Source of the DNA: Myxococcota bacterium
Lineage (GTDB): Bacteria; Myxococcota_A; UBA9160; UBA4427
Assembly: GCA_041389495.1 (NCBI GenBank)
Contig: JAWKRT010000001.1
Span: forward strand, 1,042,471-1,106,470
DNA: 64,000 nucleotides
Reading direction: 5' to 3'
Made by a program: the position numbers and the translations under genes. Of this stretch, positions 20,148 to 30,842 are shown in pieces (the first letter of the stretch is position 1; each line of letters opens with the position of its first letter). Under the pieces are notes generated by a model. The model searched no databases and was not told where the DNA came from. It was given only the letters and a program-made list of their open reading frames with translations.

Positions 20148-21182
20148 ATGACGGATCTCGACGAGGTGCTCGAGCGCTTCCAGATGGGCGGCCTCGAGTA
20201 CGGCGGCGGCTTCGCGAACCACGGGCCGATGGCGGCGGAGGCGCTCGTCGCGCTCGGCCATCCCGCGCTCCTCACCGGCTGGGTCGACCTCTACGCGCCG
20301 CGCCTTCCGCCGTTCTCGCCGGGGCGCGCGATCGCGCCCGCCGAGCGCGCGGCCGCGCGCGGCGACGCGAGCCGCTTCGCGGACTGGGTGGCGACGTACG
20401 AGGCGGAGATCGCGCGCGACGGCGTGCGCGCGGTGCTCGCGCGCGAGGTCGCCGCGCTCGCGCCCGGCCTGTTCGCGGGGGCCGCGCACGGACTGCTGCG
20501 CGTCGCGCACGCGGCGCGCGCGATCGGCCGCGGGGAGACGTCGGTGCGCGTGCGCGAGGTCGCGTTCGGGCTCGGCTACTGGGCGGGGAGCTACCAGACG
20601 CTGCCCGGCGAGCCGGGGGCGCGCCCCGAGCGCGACCCGATCGACGCGCTGCTCACCCTCGAGCCCGTGCCGCCCGCCGCGCGCGCGGGCGGCGCCTTCA
20701 CCGATGCCGTCCGCGCGCTCGACGCGCACGCGCCCTTCGCGCGCGCGCTCGCGAGCGCCGACCTGCGCGATGCCGGGAGCGACGCCTTCCTGTCCGCGCT
20801 CTGTCGCGCGGGGGCGCGCCTCTATCTCGCGAACCCCGAGGCCCGCATCGCCTACGCGCACGCGGTCACCGCGCCGAGCGCGGTGAGGCTCGTCGCGCCG
20901 TGGGTCGACGCCGCGACGCGGCGCGCGCTCGGCACCTTCGCCTATCAAGCCGCGATGGCGCTCCACGCCGTGAGCGCCGCGCGCGCCGAGGGCGGGCCGC
21001 CGCCGTCGGCCGAGGCCGTCGCGATGGCGGACGACGTGGACGAGATCCGCTATCGCGCGGCGTGCTCGCTCGGCGAGCACGCGATCAAGCTCGCCGAGGC
21101 GTGCCTGCGCGAGGACGCGATCGCGCCGGCGCGCGAGCTGCGGCTCGCCGCCGCCGACGCCGCGGCGCACCTGCAGGGCTGA
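20148..21182 (+). CDS. questin-oxidase-like (DUF4243) family protein, tentative
   Basis: 344 aa and soluble. The N-terminus GGGFANHGPMAAEALVALGH resembles that family. Low-certainty recognition. Confidence 0.4.
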   Translation: MTDLDEVLERFQMGGLEYGGGFANHGPMAAEALVALGHPALLTGWVDLYAPRLPPFSPGRAIAPAERAAARGDASRFADWVATYEAEIARDGVRAVLAREVAALAPGLFAGAAHGLLRVAHAARAIGRGETSVRVREVAFGLGYWAGSYQTLPGEPGARPERDPIDALLTLEPVPPAARAGGAFTDAVRALDAHAPFARALASADLRDAGSDAFLSALCRAGARLYLANPEARIAYAHAVTAPSAVRLVAPWVDAATRRALGTFAYQAAMALHAVSAARAEGGPPPSAEAVAMADDVDEIRYRAACSLGEHAIKLAEACLREDAIAPARELRLAAADAAAHLQG

Positions 21183-21232
21183 AGCGCCGCGCGACCGCGC
21201 TCGCGCGGCACGGCGAGGAGGGGAGGGCGGAC

Positions 21233-21565
21233 GTGGCGGAGTGGCTGGACGGCAACCCGTCGGGCGCGTGGCTCGCGCTCGGCCTGGTCGGCAACGCGGC
21301 CTTCGGCGCGCGCTTCCTCGTGCAGTGGATCGCCTCGGAGCGCGCGGGCGAGAGCGTCGTGCCGATGGCGTTCTGGTACCTGAGCATCGCGGGCTCGCTG
21401 GTGCTGCTCGTCTACGCGGCGCACCTGCGCGACCCCGTCTTCACGCTCGCCTACCTGCCGAACTCGTTCGTGTACCTGCGCAACGTGGCCCTGCGGCGGC
21501 GCGCCCGGCGTCAGGCGGCCGCGCCCGGCGCGCGCGACGTCGCCTCCCGCAGCACCGAGAGGTAG
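21233..21565 (+). CDS. lipid-A-disaccharide synthase N-terminal domain (LAB_N) membrane protein
   Basis: GTG 21233 preceded by GGAGGAGGGGAGGG. GNAAFGARFLVQWIASERAGESVVPMAFWYLSIAGSLVLLVYAAHLRDPVF matches the LAB_N signature. Confidence 0.7.
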   Translation: MAEWLDGNPSGAWLALGLVGNAAFGARFLVQWIASERAGESVVPMAFWYLSIAGSLVLLVYAAHLRDPVFTLAYLPNSFVYLRNVALRRRARRQAAAPGARDVASRSTER

Positions 21566-22542
21566 CCGCGCGCGACCAGCGCGTCGTCGAGCACGCCTCG
21601 CGACGCGAGCAGCGCGTGCATGCGCGGCAGGTTGTAGTGCGGCACGGTCATGAGCAGATGGTGCTCGAGGTGGTAGTTCACGAAGTTCGGCGCGATCAGC
21701 AGCCGCTCCCACCAGCGCGCGATCGTGGTGCGCGTGTTCTGCAGCGGGTTCGCCGGGTCGATCGGCATCGCGTGCTCGGCGATCGCGCGGATGCGCGTCA
21801 CGAGCGTGTTCGTCGTCAGATAGGCGCCCACCCACAGCAGGTAGAGCCACGCGTGCCCGGCGAGCGCGAGCAGGCCGAGGAGCGTCGCGTTCGCGATCAG
21901 CATGCCGCGGAAGCGCTCGTTGCCGAGCCCGCGGCGCAGGCGCGCCGCGAGGCCTCCCTCGGTGCCGAGATCGCGCCGCGCGGCGAAGCGCACGAACTTC
22001 GCGCCGGTGCGGCCCGTCAGGTCGCGCACGACCTTGCGCCGGAAGCTCGCGCGCGTGATCGGGAAGGGCGTCGCGAGCCCGATGTCGGGGTCGTCCTCCG
22101 TCCAGTTCCGCGCGTGGTGGCGCATGTGGTAGCGGCGGTAGGCGTGGAGGTCGCTCCACACCGGGTAGCAGGCGAGCCAGCTCGCGACGGCGTCGTTCCA
22201 GCGCTTGTCCGAGAGGAAGGAGCGGTGCGCGGCCTCGTGCATCACGACGGCGAGCCCGAGCTGGCGCGTCCCGATCACGCACAGCGCGGCGACCACCGTA
22301 AGCGGGTTCGGCCACGCGGCGACGACCGCCATCGCGCCGAACACGAGGCCCCAGTTCACCGCGAGCGTGCGCCAGCTGCGCGCGTCGTCCATCTCGACGA
22401 GTGCGCGGATCTCGTCGCGCGCGAGCGCGTCGTGCCAGCGGTGGCGCGCCGCGGGCGCGGGCCCGGACGGCGCGGAGTGCGCGGCGGCGGGCCCGTTCGC
22501 GAGCGGGGCGGGGGCGGGCGACGCGGTGTCGGCGGCGTTCAT
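21511..22542 (-). CDS. membrane fatty-acid desaturase family protein
   Basis: Three His boxes: HEAAH, HMRHH and HLEHH. ATG 22542 preceded by GGAGGAGC. Its 3' end overlaps the convergent LAB_N gene by 55 nt. Confidence 0.8.
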   Translation of the reverse strand: MNAADTASPAPAPLANGPAAAHSAPSGPAPAARHRWHDALARDEIRALVEMDDARSWRTLAVNWGLVFGAMAVVAAWPNPLTVVAALCVIGTRQLGLAVVMHEAAHRSFLSDKRWNDAVASWLACYPVWSDLHAYRRYHMRHHARNWTEDDPDIGLATPFPITRASFRRKVVRDLTGRTGAKFVRFAARRDLGTEGGLAARLRRGLGNERFRGMLIANATLLGLLALAGHAWLYLLWVGAYLTTNTLVTRIRAIAEHAMPIDPANPLQNTRTTIARWWERLLIAPNFVNYHLEHHLLMTVPHYNLPRMHALLASRGVLDDALVARGYLSVLREATSRAPGAAA

Positions 22543-23507
22543 GACGGGGCTCCTCCTGCGGTCGAAGGCTCGGCGTTCGCGGCGGCGCGGCCCGCGCGGA
22601 CCGCGTGCGAGGGTGTGTTCCGCGCGAGCGCCGCGGCCGCGTCGCCGACGCGCACGTCGGCGGGGGCGGCCCGGTGCGCGACGCCGTGCTCGGCGAGGAA
22701 GGCCGCCCAGCACGCGCGTCCCGCCGCGTCGTAGTCGCGCGCGGCATCGACGAGCGCGCTGAGCGGTCGCTCGTCGACCAGCTCGGCGGGGAGCAGCGGG
22801 TCGAGCACGATGCGGCGGATCGCGCGGCCGCCGAGCGCGAAGCTCTCGACCATCGCGTCGCGCGGCGCGAGCCGGGCGAGCCGCGCGCGGCTCGCGGCGA
22901 GGTCGGCGCACAGCGCGTCCGCGCTCGCGGCGAGTGCCTCGGCGCTCCAGAGCGCGCACGCGCGCGCGGCGGTCGCCGCGTCGAGCTCGCCGAGCGTCGC
23001 GACGATCGCGCCCGGCGCGAGGCCGAGCGCGGCGAGCTCGTCGCGGAGCGCGGCGACGCTGCCCGCGAGGTTGTCGGGGCGCACGGCGAGGCCGGGCGCG
23101 AGGCTGCGGAAGCCGAGCAGCTCGAGCGCGCGCTCGCTGCGCGCCGCGCGGGGCGTTGCCGTCGCGTCGGCCGCGGCGCCGAAGACGCCGACCCAGCGCG
23201 GCGCGCCGTTCGCCGCGCGCGCCCACGCGCGCCGCCGCGCGGGCCGCCGCCGCCAGCTCGTCACCTGGCGGTTCACGTCGCTCGCGGCGGGCCCGAGTGC
23301 ATAGCGACCTCGGCCGTCGCGCACGACCAGCCCCGCGCGATGCAGGCGCGCGAGGCTCACGCGCAGGCTGTTCTCGGCGATGCCGAAGAGCGCGGCGGCG
23401 TCGACGAGCGCGCGCACCGGCATCGAGCCGCGCCGCAGCGTCGACAGCAGGTCGAGCACGAGGCTGCGGGGCGTGGGCACGCGCGGCGGTGCGACGGCGT
23501 CGGTCAT
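22539..23507 (-). CDS. PaaX-family transcriptional regulator
   Basis: The N-terminus PRSLVLDLLSTLRRGSMPVRALVDAAALFGIAENSLRVSLARLHRAGLV is PaaX-like. Its stop overlaps the desaturase ATG (ATGA). Confidence 0.6.
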   Translation of the reverse strand: MTDAVAPPRVPTPRSLVLDLLSTLRRGSMPVRALVDAAALFGIAENSLRVSLARLHRAGLVVRDGRGRYALGPAASDVNRQVTSWRRRPARRRAWARAANGAPRWVGVFGAAADATATPRAARSERALELLGFRSLAPGLAVRPDNLAGSVAALRDELAALGLAPGAIVATLGELDAATAARACALWSAEALAASADALCADLAASRARLARLAPRDAMVESFALGGRAIRRIVLDPLLPAELVDERPLSALVDAARDYDAAGRACWAAFLAEHGVAHRAAPADVRVGDAAAALARNTPSHAVRAGRAAANAEPSTAGGAPS

Positions 23508-23609
23508 CGGGCCGGATATTACATGCCGATGCGAGATTCGCCGTGGGTGGGTAATGTCCGCGGCCGTGCCCCGTGGGGCGGCCCGCGTTCGCGTGGTAGG
23601 CTGCCGCCG

Positions 23610-24185
23610 ATGTCCGACGCCTCGACCCCCGCTCCGGCCGGCGCCGCGCCGGCCGCCCTCGTGGCCCCGAAGTGGAAGGTCTTCCTCGCGGCCTTCGCCG
23701 TCGTGCTCGCCGCGGACCAGGCGACCAAGCAGGCCGTGATCGAGCGCTTCGCCTACGGCGAGCGGCTGCGCCTGGTCGACGGCCTCCTCGACCTCACGCA
23801 CGTCCGCAACCCGGGCGGCGCGTTCAGCTTCCTCGCCCAGCTCCCGCCCGACCTCGAATGGGTGCGCCCGCTCTTCTTCGTCGGGATGGCGGGCCTCGCG
23901 ATCGCGCTGCTGCTCGGCTTCTTCGCGCGGCTGCCCGCCGAGGCGCGCTTCTCGGCGCTCGCGCTCGGCAGCGTCCTCGGCGGCGCCCTCGGCAACCTGC
24001 TCGATCGGCTCCGCCACGGAGAGGTCGTCGACTTCATCGACGTGCACCTGACGGCCGACTACACGTGGCCGACGTTCAACGTCGCCGACTCCGCGATCGT
24101 CGTGGGCGTCGTGCTGTTGCTGCTCGAGACGTTCCTCGAGGGCCGCGCGCGCGGCGACGAGGGCGCGAGCGACGCGGTCGACTAA
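23610..24185 (+). CDS. lspA: lipoprotein signal peptidase (signal peptidase II)
   Basis: DQATKQAV...[15 protein letters not shown]...[21 protein letters not shown]...[14 protein letters not shown] is canonical LspA. Confidence 0.85.
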   Translation: MSDASTPAPAGAAPAALVAPKWKVFLAAFAVVLAADQATKQAVIERFAYGERLRLVDGLLDLTHVRNPGGAFSFLAQLPPDLEWVRPLFFVGMAGLAIALLLGFFARLPAEARFSALALGSVLGGALGNLLDRLRHGEVVDFIDVHLTADYTWPTFNVADSAIVVGVVLLLLETFLEGRARGDEGASDAVD

Positions 24186-26140
24186 CGAGCCAGCTCGGGG
24201 CGGTCGGCGAACTGGTCGAGCGCCTCGGGGTTCGCGAGCGCCTCGCGGTTCGCGACGCCGCGGCCCGCGACCACGTCGCGCACGGCGAGCTCGCTGATCT
24301 TCCCGCTGCGCGTGCGCGGGATGTCGCGCACCTGCAGGACGACGGCGGGCACGTGGCGCGGGCTCGCCGACGCGCGGATCTCGGCGCGGATGCGCGCGCG
24401 CAGCGCGTCGTCGAGCGCGAGCCCCGGCCGCAGCACCACGAACAGCACGACGCGCACGTCGCCGCGCCACGGCTGGCCGATCGCCACGGCCTCGACGACC
24501 TCGTCGAGCCGCTCGACCGGCCGGTAGATCTCGGCCGTCCCGATCCGCACGCCGCCGGGGTTCAGCACGGCGTCGGAGCGCCCGTGGATCACGAAGCCGC
24601 CGTTCGGCGTGCGCTCGGTGAAGTCGCCGTGGTGCCAGATGCCGGGGAACCGCTCGAAGTAGGCCGCCGCGTAGCGCGCGCCGTCGTCGTCGCCGAGGAA
24701 GCCGAGCGGCTGCGACGGGAATGCGCGCGTGCACACGAGCTCGCCGGGCTCTCCGACCGGGGCCGCGCTCCCGTCGGCGCGCAGCACGTCGACGGCCATG
24801 CCGAGCGCGGCGACCTGCATCTCGCCGCGGTGGACGGGCGCCGTGGGGTCGCCCGCGAGGAAGCAGCCGAGCAGGTCCGTCCCGCCGGAGATCGGCGCGA
24901 CGTGTGCGTGCGGGGCGACGTGCGCGTGCAGGTAGTCGAACCCCTCCGGCGCGAGCGGCGAGCCCGTCGTCAGCAGCATGCGCACGTGCGAGAGGTCGAA
25001 GCGCTCGGATGCGGCGAGCTTCCACTTCGCGCACGCGTCGACGAACTTCGCGGAGAGGCCGAGCACGTCGATGCGCTCGCGCTCGGCGAGCTCGAACAGC
25101 ACCTCGGGGCCGGGGTGCATCGGCGACCCGTCGTACAGCGCGACCTCCGCGCCGGACGCGAGCGCGCCGACCAGCCAGTTCCACATCATCCAGCCGCACG
25201 TCGTGAAGTAGAAGATGCGCTCGCCCGGGCGCAGGTCGCAGTGGAGGCGGTGCTCCTTCACGTGCTGCAGCAGCGCGCCGCCGGCGCGGTGGACGATGCA
25301 CTTGGGCTCGCCCGTCGTGCCCGACGAGAACATCACGTAGAGCGGGTGATCGAACGGGAGTCGTTCGTACCGCGGCGCGTCGCCGGCCTCGGCCGCGCCG
25401 CTCGCCAGCGCGTCCGCAAAGCGCTGCGCACCGGGGATCGCGCGCAGCGCGGCGTCCGACGGGTCGCCGAGGCAGGGAACGACGATCGTGCGCTCGACGG
25501 ACGGCAGTGCGCGCAGGAGCGCGGGCAGGCGTGCGAGCCCGTCGAACGTCTTGCCCGCATAGCGGTAGCCGTCCGCGCAGAAGAGCCAGCGCGGCGCGAC
25601 CTGGCCGAAGCGGTCGAGCACGCCCGCGTCGCCGAAGTCGGGCGAGCACGAGCTGAACACGGCGCCGAGGCTCGCGGTCGCGAGCATCGCGGTGACCGTC
25701 TCGGGCACGTTCGGCAGGAGCGCCGCGACGCGATCGCCCGCCCCGATGCCGGCCGCGCGCATCGCGCCCGCGAGCGCGGCCACCTCGCGCCGCAGCGCGC
25801 CGCGCGAGATCGCGCGCGCGCCGCCGTCCTCGCCGCGGAAGCGGAGCGCAGTCGCGTCGCCGTCGCCGCGCAGCAGGTTCTCGGCGAAGTTGAGCCGCGC
25901 GGCGGGGAAGAAGCGCGCGTCGCGCATCGCGCCGTCGTCGACGAGGGCGGGCCCGTCGCCGCGCTCGCCGACGACGTCGGCGAGCTCCCAGACGAGCTCC
26001 CAGAAGGCACCGCGGTCGCGCACCGACCACGCGTGCAGCGCGGCGTAGTCGGGGAGGCGCTCGCCGCTCGCGCGCTCGGCGCGGGCGCGGAAGGCCTCGA
26101 GCTGCGCGCGCGCGACGGCGTCGCGCGAAGGCGCCCACAT
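24182..26140 (-). CDS. acetoacetyl-CoA synthetase (acetoacetate-CoA ligase)
   Basis: 652 aa. The N-terminus FWELVWE...[16 protein letters not shown] and the AMP-binding motif [17 protein letters not shown] are typical of AACS-type acyl-CoA synthetases. Confidence 0.85.
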   Translation of the reverse strand: MWAPSRDAVARAQLEAFRARAERASGERLPDYAALHAWSVRDRGAFWELVWELADVVGERGDGPALVDDGAMRDARFFPAARLNFAENLLRGDGDATALRFRGEDGGARAISRGALRREVAALAGAMRAAGIGAGDRVAALLPNVPETVTAMLATASLGAVFSSCSPDFGDAGVLDRFGQVAPRWLFCADGYRYAGKTFDGLARLPALLRALPSVERTIVVPCLGDPSDAALRAIPGAQRFADALASGAAEAGDAPRYERLPFDHPLYVMFSSGTTGEPKCIVHRAGGALLQHVKEHRLHCDLRPGERIFYFTTCGWMMWNWLVGALASGAEVALYDGSPMHPGPEVLFELAERERIDVLGLSAKFVDACAKWKLAASERFDLSHVRMLLTTGSPLAPEGFDYLHAHVAPHAHVAPISGGTDLLGCFLAGDPTAPVHRGEMQVAALGMAVDVLRADGSAAPVGEPGELVCTRAFPSQPLGFLGDDDGARYAAAYFERFPGIWHHGDFTERTPNGGFVIHGRSDAVLNPGGVRIGTAEIYRPVERLDEVVEAVAIGQPWRGDVRVVLFVVLRPGLALDDALRARIRAEIRASASPRHVPAVVLQVRDIPRTRSGKISELAVRDVVAGRGVANREALANPEALDQFADRPELAR

Positions 26141-26160
26141 CGGCGCGCCTCCCGCGCCGC

Positions 26161-27393
26161 TCACGTGAGCGCCCCCGCCACGCAGGCCGTCATGAACGTC
26201 GTCAGCGAGCCGCCGACGATCGAGCGCATGCCGAGCGCCGCGACGTCGCCGCGCCGCTGCGGCGCCATCCCGCCGATGCCGCCGAGCAGGATCGCGAGCG
26301 AGCCGAAGTTCGCGAAGCCGCAGAGCGCGTAGCTCGCGATGCGGATCGAGCGCGGCGACAGCGAGCCCGCGGCGATCGCCTCGCCGAGGCCTTGATAGGC
26401 GAGGAACTCGTTGAGCACCGTCTTCACGCCGAGCAGGCCGCCGACGGCGATCGCGTCGCCCGGCTCGACGCCCATCAGGAGCGCGAAGGGCGCCATCGCG
26501 AAGCCGAGCAGGAGCTCGAGGCGGAGCCCCTCGACGCCGACCCAGCCGCCCGCGGTGCCGAGCAGGTCGTTCGCGAGCTCGATGCCCGCGCGAAAGGCGA
26601 TCAGCATGGCGCCGACGTACGCGGCGAGGCGCATGCCGTTGATCGCGCCCGTCGCCGCCGCGTCGATCGTGTTCACCGCTTCGCGCTCGACGGTGCTGTG
26701 CGCGCCGGCCGACGTCGCGGGCGTTCCGGTCTCGGGCTCCATCACCTTCGCGATCACGAGCCCGGCGGGCGCGCTCAGCAGGCTCGCGGTGACGAGATGC
26801 CCGGCGAAGTCGCCGCCGCCGAGGATGCCGACGTAGGCGAGCAGCACCGATCCCGCGATCGTCCCCATCCCGACCGTCATCAGCGAGAAGAGCTCGGAGC
26901 GCGTCATCGCGTCGAGGTACGGACGAACGACGAGCGCCGACTCGGCCATCCCGATGAACACGTTGGCGACGGCCGAGAGGCTCTCCGCGCCCGACAGATC
27001 CATCGTGCGCGAGAGCACCGCCGCGAGCGCGTCGACGACGCGCTGCACGATGCCGAGGTGGTAGAGCACGGAGAACACCGCGCCCATGAAGATGAGGATG
27101 GGGAGGACGTTCGCGAGGAAGGAGAAGCCGACCTCCGCGAGCGGGCCGAAGACCATCGCGACGCCGGCGTTCGTGTAGGCGAGGAAGCGAGCGACGCCCG
27201 CGTTGATGCCGACGAACATCGCCGAGCCCCACGGCGTGAGCAGCAGCAGCGCGCCGAGTGCGCCCTGCAGCGCGACGCCGCTCGCGACGGTGCGCCACGG
27301 AAACCGGCGCCGGTCGCTCGAGAGCAGCCACGCGATGCCGATCATCGCGAAGAACCCCGCGCCCGAGACGGCGCGCAGCCCGAGTTCGCTCAC
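26161..27393 (-). CDS. NupC/CNT-family concentrative nucleoside transporter
   Basis: 410-aa polytopic protein with blocks [46 protein letters not shown] and [21 protein letters not shown] start preceded by AAGGGAG. Overlaps the thiE stop by 4 nt. Confidence 0.8.
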   Translation of the reverse strand: MSELGLRAVSGAGFFAMIGIAWLLSSDRRRFPWRTVASGVALQGALGALLLLTPWGSAMFVGINAGVARFLAYTNAGVAMVFGPLAEVGFSFLANVLPILIFMGAVFSVLYHLGIVQRVVDALAAVLSRTMDLSGAESLSAVANVFIGMAESALVVRPYLDAMTRSELFSLMTVGMGTIAGSVLLAYVGILGGGDFAGHLVTASLLSAPAGLVIAKVMEPETGTPATSAGAHSTVEREAVNTIDAAATGAINGMRLAAYVGAMLIAFRAGIELANDLLGTAGGWVGVEGLRLELLLGFAMAPFALLMGVEPGDAIAVGGLLGVKTVLNEFLAYQGLGEAIAAGSLSPRSIRIASYALCGFANFGSLAILLGGIGGMAPQRRGDVAALGMRSIVGGSLTTFMTACVAGALT

Positions 27394-28097
27394 GGAGTCT
27401 CCCTTCCGCGCGCCGGCGCGGAGCGCGCGTCGGGGCTCGCTCCGGCGGTCGCATCGCTCTCGAACGCGCGCACGAGCGCGCCGGCCGCGCGCGCGCCGGC
27501 CTCCGCGTCGCGCGCCGCGGCGACGGCCGACAGGACGGCGATGCCCGCGGCGCCGGCGGCGCGCGAGCTCGCCGCGTTGCCGGCGCCGATGCCGCCGATC
27601 GCGACGACCGGGAGCGGCGCGGCGAGCCGCGCGATCTCGCGCAGCGCGTCGAGACCGCGCGCGGCGTAGCCCGTGTCCTTGGTCGAAGTGTCGAACAGCG
27701 GGCCGAATGCGACGTAGTCGACGCCCTCGGCCCGCGCCGCGCGCGCCTGCGCGGGCGAGTGCGTCGAGCGCCCGATCGCGAGGCGCGCGCGCACGTCGCC
27801 GGGCAGCGCGCCGGGCGGGACGTCGTCCTGGCCGAGGTGCACGCCGTCGGCGTCCGCGAGGAGCGCGAGATCGACGCGGTCGTTCACGACGAACGCGACA
27901 CCGCGCGCGCGCGCGAGGGCGCGGATCTCGCGCGCCCACGCGAGCGCCGTCGCGTCCGTCGCGCGCTTCGCGCGCAGCTGCACGACGCGCGCGCCGCCCG
28001 CGCACGCGGCGCGCGCCTGTGCCACGGGGTCGAGCGGCCAGCGCGCGTCGTCGTCGGCGAGCACGTGGAGGCCGGCGAACGCGGCGGCATCGCGCAC
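27390..28097 (-). CDS. thiE: thiamine-phosphate synthase
   Basis: VVQLRAK...[24 protein letters not shown]...GRSTHS...[12 protein letters not shown]...VVAIGGI is the ThiE pattern. Confidence 0.85.
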   Translation of the reverse strand: MRDAAAFAGLHVLADDDARWPLDPVAQARAACAGGARVVQLRAKRATDATALAWAREIRALARARGVAFVVNDRVDLALLADADGVHLGQDDVPPGALPGDVRARLAIGRSTHSPAQARAARAEGVDYVAFGPLFDTSTKDTGYAARGLDALREIARLAAPLPVVAIGGIGAGNAASSRAAGAAGIAVLSAVAAARDAEAGARAAGALVRAFESDATAGASPDARSAPARGRETP

Positions 28098-28106
28098 GCG
28101 ATGCGC

Positions 28107-29546
28107 TCAGGCCCGGTCGCGCCGCGGGATCGCGACGTCGAGCTCGGAGATCTTCTTGCGCAGCGTGTTGCGGTTGATGCCGAGCAGGCTCGCCGCCTGC
28201 AGCTGGTTGCCGCCGGTGTGCTCGAGCACGGCTTCGATCATGGGGCGTTCGACGCGCTCGATCACGGTGCGGTAGATCTCGTCGGCCCGCTCCGACAGCG
28301 CGGCGCGCGTCTCGCGCGCCACGAGCGCTGCGAGGCTCGCCTCGGGCGACGTCTGCGCGGGGTCCTCGACGAGGAACGCGAAGTCCTCGCCCGTCAGTAC
28401 GCTGCCGGGTGCGAGCACGAGTGCCCGGCGGATCGCGTTCTCGAGCTCGCGCACGTTGCCGGGCCACGAATAGCGTTCGAGCGCCTCGATCGCGCCGTCG
28501 GCGAGGCCGCGCGCGCCGCCGGCGAGGTCCTGCGCGTAGCGGGCGACGAAGTGCTCGGCGAGCGCGCGCACGTCCTCGCGCCGCTCGCGCAGCGGAGGCA
28601 GCTCGATCGGCACGACGCGCAGGCGATAGAGCAGATCCTCGCGGAACCGCCCCTCGCGCACGGCGACGTCGAGCTGGCGGTTCGTCGCCGCGATGATGCG
28701 CACGTCGACGATCTCGCTCTTCTGCCCGCCGACGGCGGTGACCTCGCCGTTCTGCAGGACGCGCAGCAGCTTCGCCTGCAGGTCGAGCGTCATGTCGCCG
28801 ATCTCGTCGAGGAAGAGCGTGCCGCCCGCGGCCTCGCGGAAGCGGCCGGGGCGCGCCTGCACCGCACCGGTGAACGCGCCGCGCTCGTGCCCGAACAGCT
28901 CGCTCTCGAGCAGCTCCTTCGGGATGGCCGCCGCGTTCACCGCGACGAACGGCTCCTGCGCGCGCGGGCTCGCGACGTGGATGGCGCGCGCGATCAGCTC
29001 CTTGCCGGTCCCGCTCTCGCCGGTGATCAGCACGGGCACGTTGCGGGCGGCGACGCGGCCCACCGTCTTGAACGCCTCGAGCAGGGCAGGGCTGCGGCCG
29101 ACGAGCCGGTCGCCGCCCGGCGACACCGCGCGCCCGACCTCGCGCCGCAGCGCGCGCACCTCGAGCTCGAGCGCGCGCGTGCGCAGCGCCTTGTCGGTGA
29201 GCGCCTGCACCTCCGCCAGACTGAACGGCTTCGTCAGGTAGTCGAGCGCGCCGAGCTTCATCGCCTCGACCGCGTTCTCGAACGTCGACTGCGCGGTGAT
29301 GATGACGACCGCCGTCTCGCTCGACGCCGTCTTCGCGCGTTCGAGCACTTCGAGGCCCGTCGCCTCGGGCATGCGGATGTCGAGGAAGGCGAGGTCGAAG
29401 TCGCCCTCGTCGAGGGCGCGCAGCGCGGCGGCGCCGTCGGCGACCTCGCTCACCCGATGCCCCTGCGACTCGAGCGCTTCGCGCAGCACGAAGCGGATCG
29501 ATTCCTCGTCGTCCGCGACCAGGATTCGCGCGCGCTGTCGGTCCAT
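28107..29546 (-). CDS. ntrC: sigma54-dependent response regulator, NtrC family (receiver + AAA+ + Fis-type HTH)
   Basis: Receiver domain (ILVADDEESIRFVL...DIRMP), AAA+ with GESGTGKE and GAFTGA, ESELFGHE, and a C-terminal HTH (GNQLQAASLLGINRNTLRKKI). Confidence 0.85.
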   Translation of the reverse strand: MDRQRARILVADDEESIRFVLREALESQGHRVSEVADGAAALRALDEGDFDLAFLDIRMPEATGLEVLERAKTASSETAVVIITAQSTFENAVEAMKLGALDYLTKPFSLAEVQALTDKALRTRALELEVRALRREVGRAVSPGGDRLVGRSPALLEAFKTVGRVAARNVPVLITGESGTGKELIARAIHVASPRAQEPFVAVNAAAIPKELLESELFGHERGAFTGAVQARPGRFREAAGGTLFLDEIGDMTLDLQAKLLRVLQNGEVTAVGGQKSEIVDVRIIAATNRQLDVAVREGRFREDLLYRLRVVPIELPPLRERREDVRALAEHFVARYAQDLAGGARGLADGAIEALERYSWPGNVRELENAIRRALVLAPGSVLTGEDFAFLVEDPAQTSPEASLAALVARETRAALSERADEIYRTVIERVERPMIEAVLEHTGGNQLQAASLLGINRNTLRKKISELDVAIPRRDRA

Positions 29547-30715
29547 CAGCCTCTCCCCTTCGCTTCGACGTTTCGCTGCGGCCCGCCGAGCGGGAGCGCC
29601 ACGCGCGCGCGCGTGCCCCTTCCCACCTCGCTCGTGACGCGGAGGTCGCCGTCGTGGCGGGCGACCCAGTGGCGCGCCATCGGGAGGCCGAGGCCCGTGC
29701 CCTTCGTGCGCGTGGTGAAGAACGGCGTCGTCAGCCGCGCGAGCGTGTCCTCGTCGATGCCCGGCCCGTCGTCGCGCACCTCGATCACGACCGTCGGCAC
29801 CTGGCGGCCGGCGCGGTTCGTGAGGCGATCGTCGAGCGCGATGCGCGTGGCGACCACGACGCGGCCGTCGCTGCGCCCCTCGAGCGCCTGCACCGCGTTG
29901 CGCACGAGGTTGAGGAACACCTGCGTGAGCCGCGACGGGTCGGCGAGCACGTCGGGAATGGACGGGTCGTACTCGCGCTCGAACGAGATGCCGCTCGCGA
30001 GCGCGTCCATCGCCTCGAGCTCGATCACGGCGTCGAGGATGCGGTGGATGTTGATGCGCGAGAGCTCGAGCGCGTCGCCGCGCGCGAACACCATCAGCTC
30101 GTCGACGAGCGCGGTGATGCGGTCGACTTCGCGCACGATCAGCGCGGAGGTGTCCTTCGCGCGCGGGCTCTCGCTCCACATGCCGAGCAGCTCGGCCGCA
30201 CCGCGGATTCCGCCGAGCGGGTTCTTGACCTCGTGCGCGATGCCGGCGGCGATGTGCCCGTAGCGCTGGAGCTCGTCGCGCTGCTTCTCCTTCTCGCGCA
30301 ACGAGCTGCGCAGCGTGTGGTCGCGCAGCTCGATCACGACGCCGTCGCCGGGCTCGTCGATCTCCTCCTCGTCCTCGTACGGGTCGGCCGGGCGCGTCGC
30401 CCGCGCGTCGCGCACGCCGAGCTCGATCGGCGAGATCGCGACGTCGACCTCGAGCGCGCGATCGAAGCGGCGCTCGATGCGGACGTCGTCGAGCACGCGG
30501 CCGCGCCGCTCCTCGCGCACGCGACGTTCGAGGCCGAGCACGGGATGGGCGGGGCCGAAGTGATCGGCGAGCGGCGTGCCGCGGATCTTCTCGGGCGACG
30601 ACTCGAGGATGCGGCACGCCTCGGAGTTGACGTGCGCGATCCGCCCGCCGGCGTCGACCACGATCAGCCCGTCGAGGACGGCGTCGAGCACGTTGTGGAG
30701 GTCGCGGGGATCCAT
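29546..30715 (-). CDS. ntrB: PAS-domain sensor histidine kinase, NtrB-like
   Basis: Start taken at ATG 30715 (MDPRDLHNVLDAVLDGLIVVD, a PAS opening). The H-box AHEVKNPLGGIRGAAELL is very close to enteric NtrB. HATPase N/G boxes are present. The stop shares 1 nt with the ntrC ATG. Confidence 0.8.
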   Translation of the reverse strand: MDPRDLHNVLDAVLDGLIVVDAGGRIAHVNSEACRILESSPEKIRGTPLADHFGPAHPVLGLERRVREERRGRVLDDVRIERRFDRALEVDVAISPIELGVRDARATRPADPYEDEEEIDEPGDGVVIELRDHTLRSSLREKEKQRDELQRYGHIAAGIAHEVKNPLGGIRGAAELLGMWSESPRAKDTSALIVREVDRITALVDELMVFARGDALELSRINIHRILDAVIELEAMDALASGISFEREYDPSIPDVLADPSRLTQVFLNLVRNAVQALEGRSDGRVVVATRIALDDRLTNRAGRQVPTVVIEVRDDGPGIDEDTLARLTTPFFTTRTKGTGLGLPMARHWVARHDGDLRVTSEVGRGTRARVALPLGGPQRNVEAKGRG

Positions 30716-30842
30716 CTCGGCGGCGTGGCTTCCTTGCCTGTTTTTTGAGCACGCTACCGCCGGCCGCCGCCGTCCGCACCGGTTCGATTCCGTCGCGCAG
30801 GCGCGGCGGCGGGGCTCGGGTCGTCGGGTACCGTACGCCGCG

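Noticed and set aside
30779-30797. GGTTCGATTCC, a tRNA T-loop-like sequence in the ntrB/moeA divergent region.
   Set aside because: Only 3 bp of T-stem can form, and no complementary acceptor stem or anticodon arm could be found in the flanking ~80 nt. Not a tRNA.
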